Assembly: GCF_018977255.1 (NCBI RefSeq)
Contig: NW_024704743.1
Span: 84,198,001 to 84,262,000, forward strand
Source of the DNA: Callorhinchus milii
Taxonomy: Eukaryota
Reading direction: 5' to 3'
Length of the DNA stretch: 64,000 nt
Of this stretch, positions 62,703 through 64,000 are shown one piece after another. The first letter of the stretch is position 1. The number at the start of each line of letters is the position of its first letter. The notes under the pieces were generated by a model. That model had not been told where the DNA came from. It did not search any database and saw nothing but the letters and a program-made list of their open reading frames with translations. Made by a program: the position numbers and the translations under genes.

Positions 62703-63031
62703 GTGGAGTCCTGTAGCTCAGTGGTTAGAGCACTCGCCTTGCAAACGAGACACCTGGGTTCAATTCCAGGCAGGGCGAAACCTTGGGCAGGTTTCCTTAC
62801 TCCACACGCCTAATAATAATCCCTCCAAAAAAAAAACCAAAACAATAATAAATTGGTCATTTTCAATCTACGACTGTTTGTGGGACATTGCTTTGCGCAA
62901 TTGGCTGCCGCGTTCGCCCACAAATATACAGTCAATTCACTTTACAGTGTGTTCTGTGAAGCGCTTTGGGACGTCCTCTCGACGTGAAAAGCGCTATATC
63001 AAATGCAAGGATTATTATTATTATTATTATT
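62703..63031 (+). mobile_element. Young full-length tRNA-Ala SINE
   Basis: GTGGAGTCCTGTAGCTCAGTGGTTAGAGC..GGGTTCAATTCCAGG..GCAAGG(ATT)n; near-identical to the 22952 copy. Confidence 0.97.
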
Positions 63032-63504
63032 TAGTGAAATCTCATTTATTTTAGCGAACAATACTACACAAAGTTAAAAGAGTGAAAATGACAACGTGTG
63101 AGGCATTTAATACCAACGGTGACATTATTGATAAATGCTGTCACAAAGGACAATAACTTTGACTTCCTCCCAATTCCATCACAATGTGTTTGAAGGCACT
63201 TTGTGTCCACCCTCTGACTCAATAGCCTGTTTGCTGGCTGAACTTTTTATTGCCATTAGTTACCAACATTGCTATTAGAACAACACACAATGCGCTTAAA
63301 CATAACTCATTGTTTGAAGTATATTGAGATGTTTTGAATTGATAAGGGCATTGTAACAAATGGAAGTGTTATACATGTGATAGAGTGTTTACTTGTTCTA
63401 GGGTACAATTTCACTGCCGTTGGCCACCCTCTTCTTTATTCGTCAGCTTAAATGGTGTGTGTGTTAGCAGGCTATTTGACTGTGGGGCATCAAAATTGAG
63501 CTGA

Positions 63505-63735
63505 CCTTGTTCTTGACATCCACACAAGTACACGTTTCAGCAGGGGACACTGCATAGTGGTGCAGGAACCCTGGTTCAGTTTTCCTTTCCCTCTGGATAC
63601 TGAGGCTCTGACTGGCATTCTCACTGAGATCAGCCAAATTCAGAAAAGTCAGAGTTGAAACCCAGAACCTTGATGCTCTGTATGGATCATTTTTCTGTTT
63701 GGCAATGTCTTTTCCAACTGAGCCATTGAAGGAAC
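63505..63735 (-). mobile_element. Ancient tRNA-like SINE (unnamed family)
   Basis: ACATCCACACA..CAGCAGGGGACACTG..CAGGAACCCTGGTT..TTTCCCTC..CTGAGATCAGC..CTGTATGG..AACTGAGCCA (antisense head). Confidence 0.62.
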
Positions 63736-64000
63736 TCTGTGATAAGTTCCAAAGGATCTCTATTGAAATATAAATGTATACCAGTAGTGCTGATAAACTT
63801 CCATTGTGCCTGAACACTCTGAGAGTTGTTGCTACAAGCCTATCCATGTGTGTGGGTTAAACTGATCATATCATGGGTATCAATGGAAGAAACACTTTGT
63901 ATCCCACTTACAGTAACGACCACAAAAACTCACTAATGACATTTTGAGTCCAATTTCAACCCACGATTTAATCTGTTTTCAAAGGTAATTGTTTATAGTA

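Overview
Non-coding, AT-rich vertebrate DNA, most likely from a cartilaginous fish (chimaera/shark type). This is inferred from the repeat set: CR1 and L2 LINEs, tRNA-headed Deu-domain SINEs with L2-type (TTA)n tails, and Penelope-type palindromic repeats. No intact host protein-coding gene or true RNA gene could be supported; the window looks like a large intron or gene desert. Main content: (1) a young tRNA-Ala(TGC)-headed SINE (5 copies with the head, several truncated), older DeuSINEs, and an ancient unnamed SINE; (2) two head-to-tail CR1 copies at 22.3-27.1 kb, the second with a near-complete but disrupted ORF2; (3) several L2 fragments and MITEs; (4) repeat-free blocks that resemble conserved non-coding elements. 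Best second-look items: a minimal hammerhead-ribozyme core in a TSD-flanked Penelope-type insertion (59.4 kb); two SINE copies 11 kb apart sharing a ~107-nt non-SINE 3' extension (possible transduction); a decayed non-CR1/L2 reverse transcriptase with R2-group (NeSL/Utopia/HERO-like) motifs (4.4-5.3 kb); and a TA-flanked Tigger/pogo fossil with a CENP-B-like HTH (46.4-47.7 kb). All family names come from motif recognition by eye, and boundaries of old repeats are approximate.
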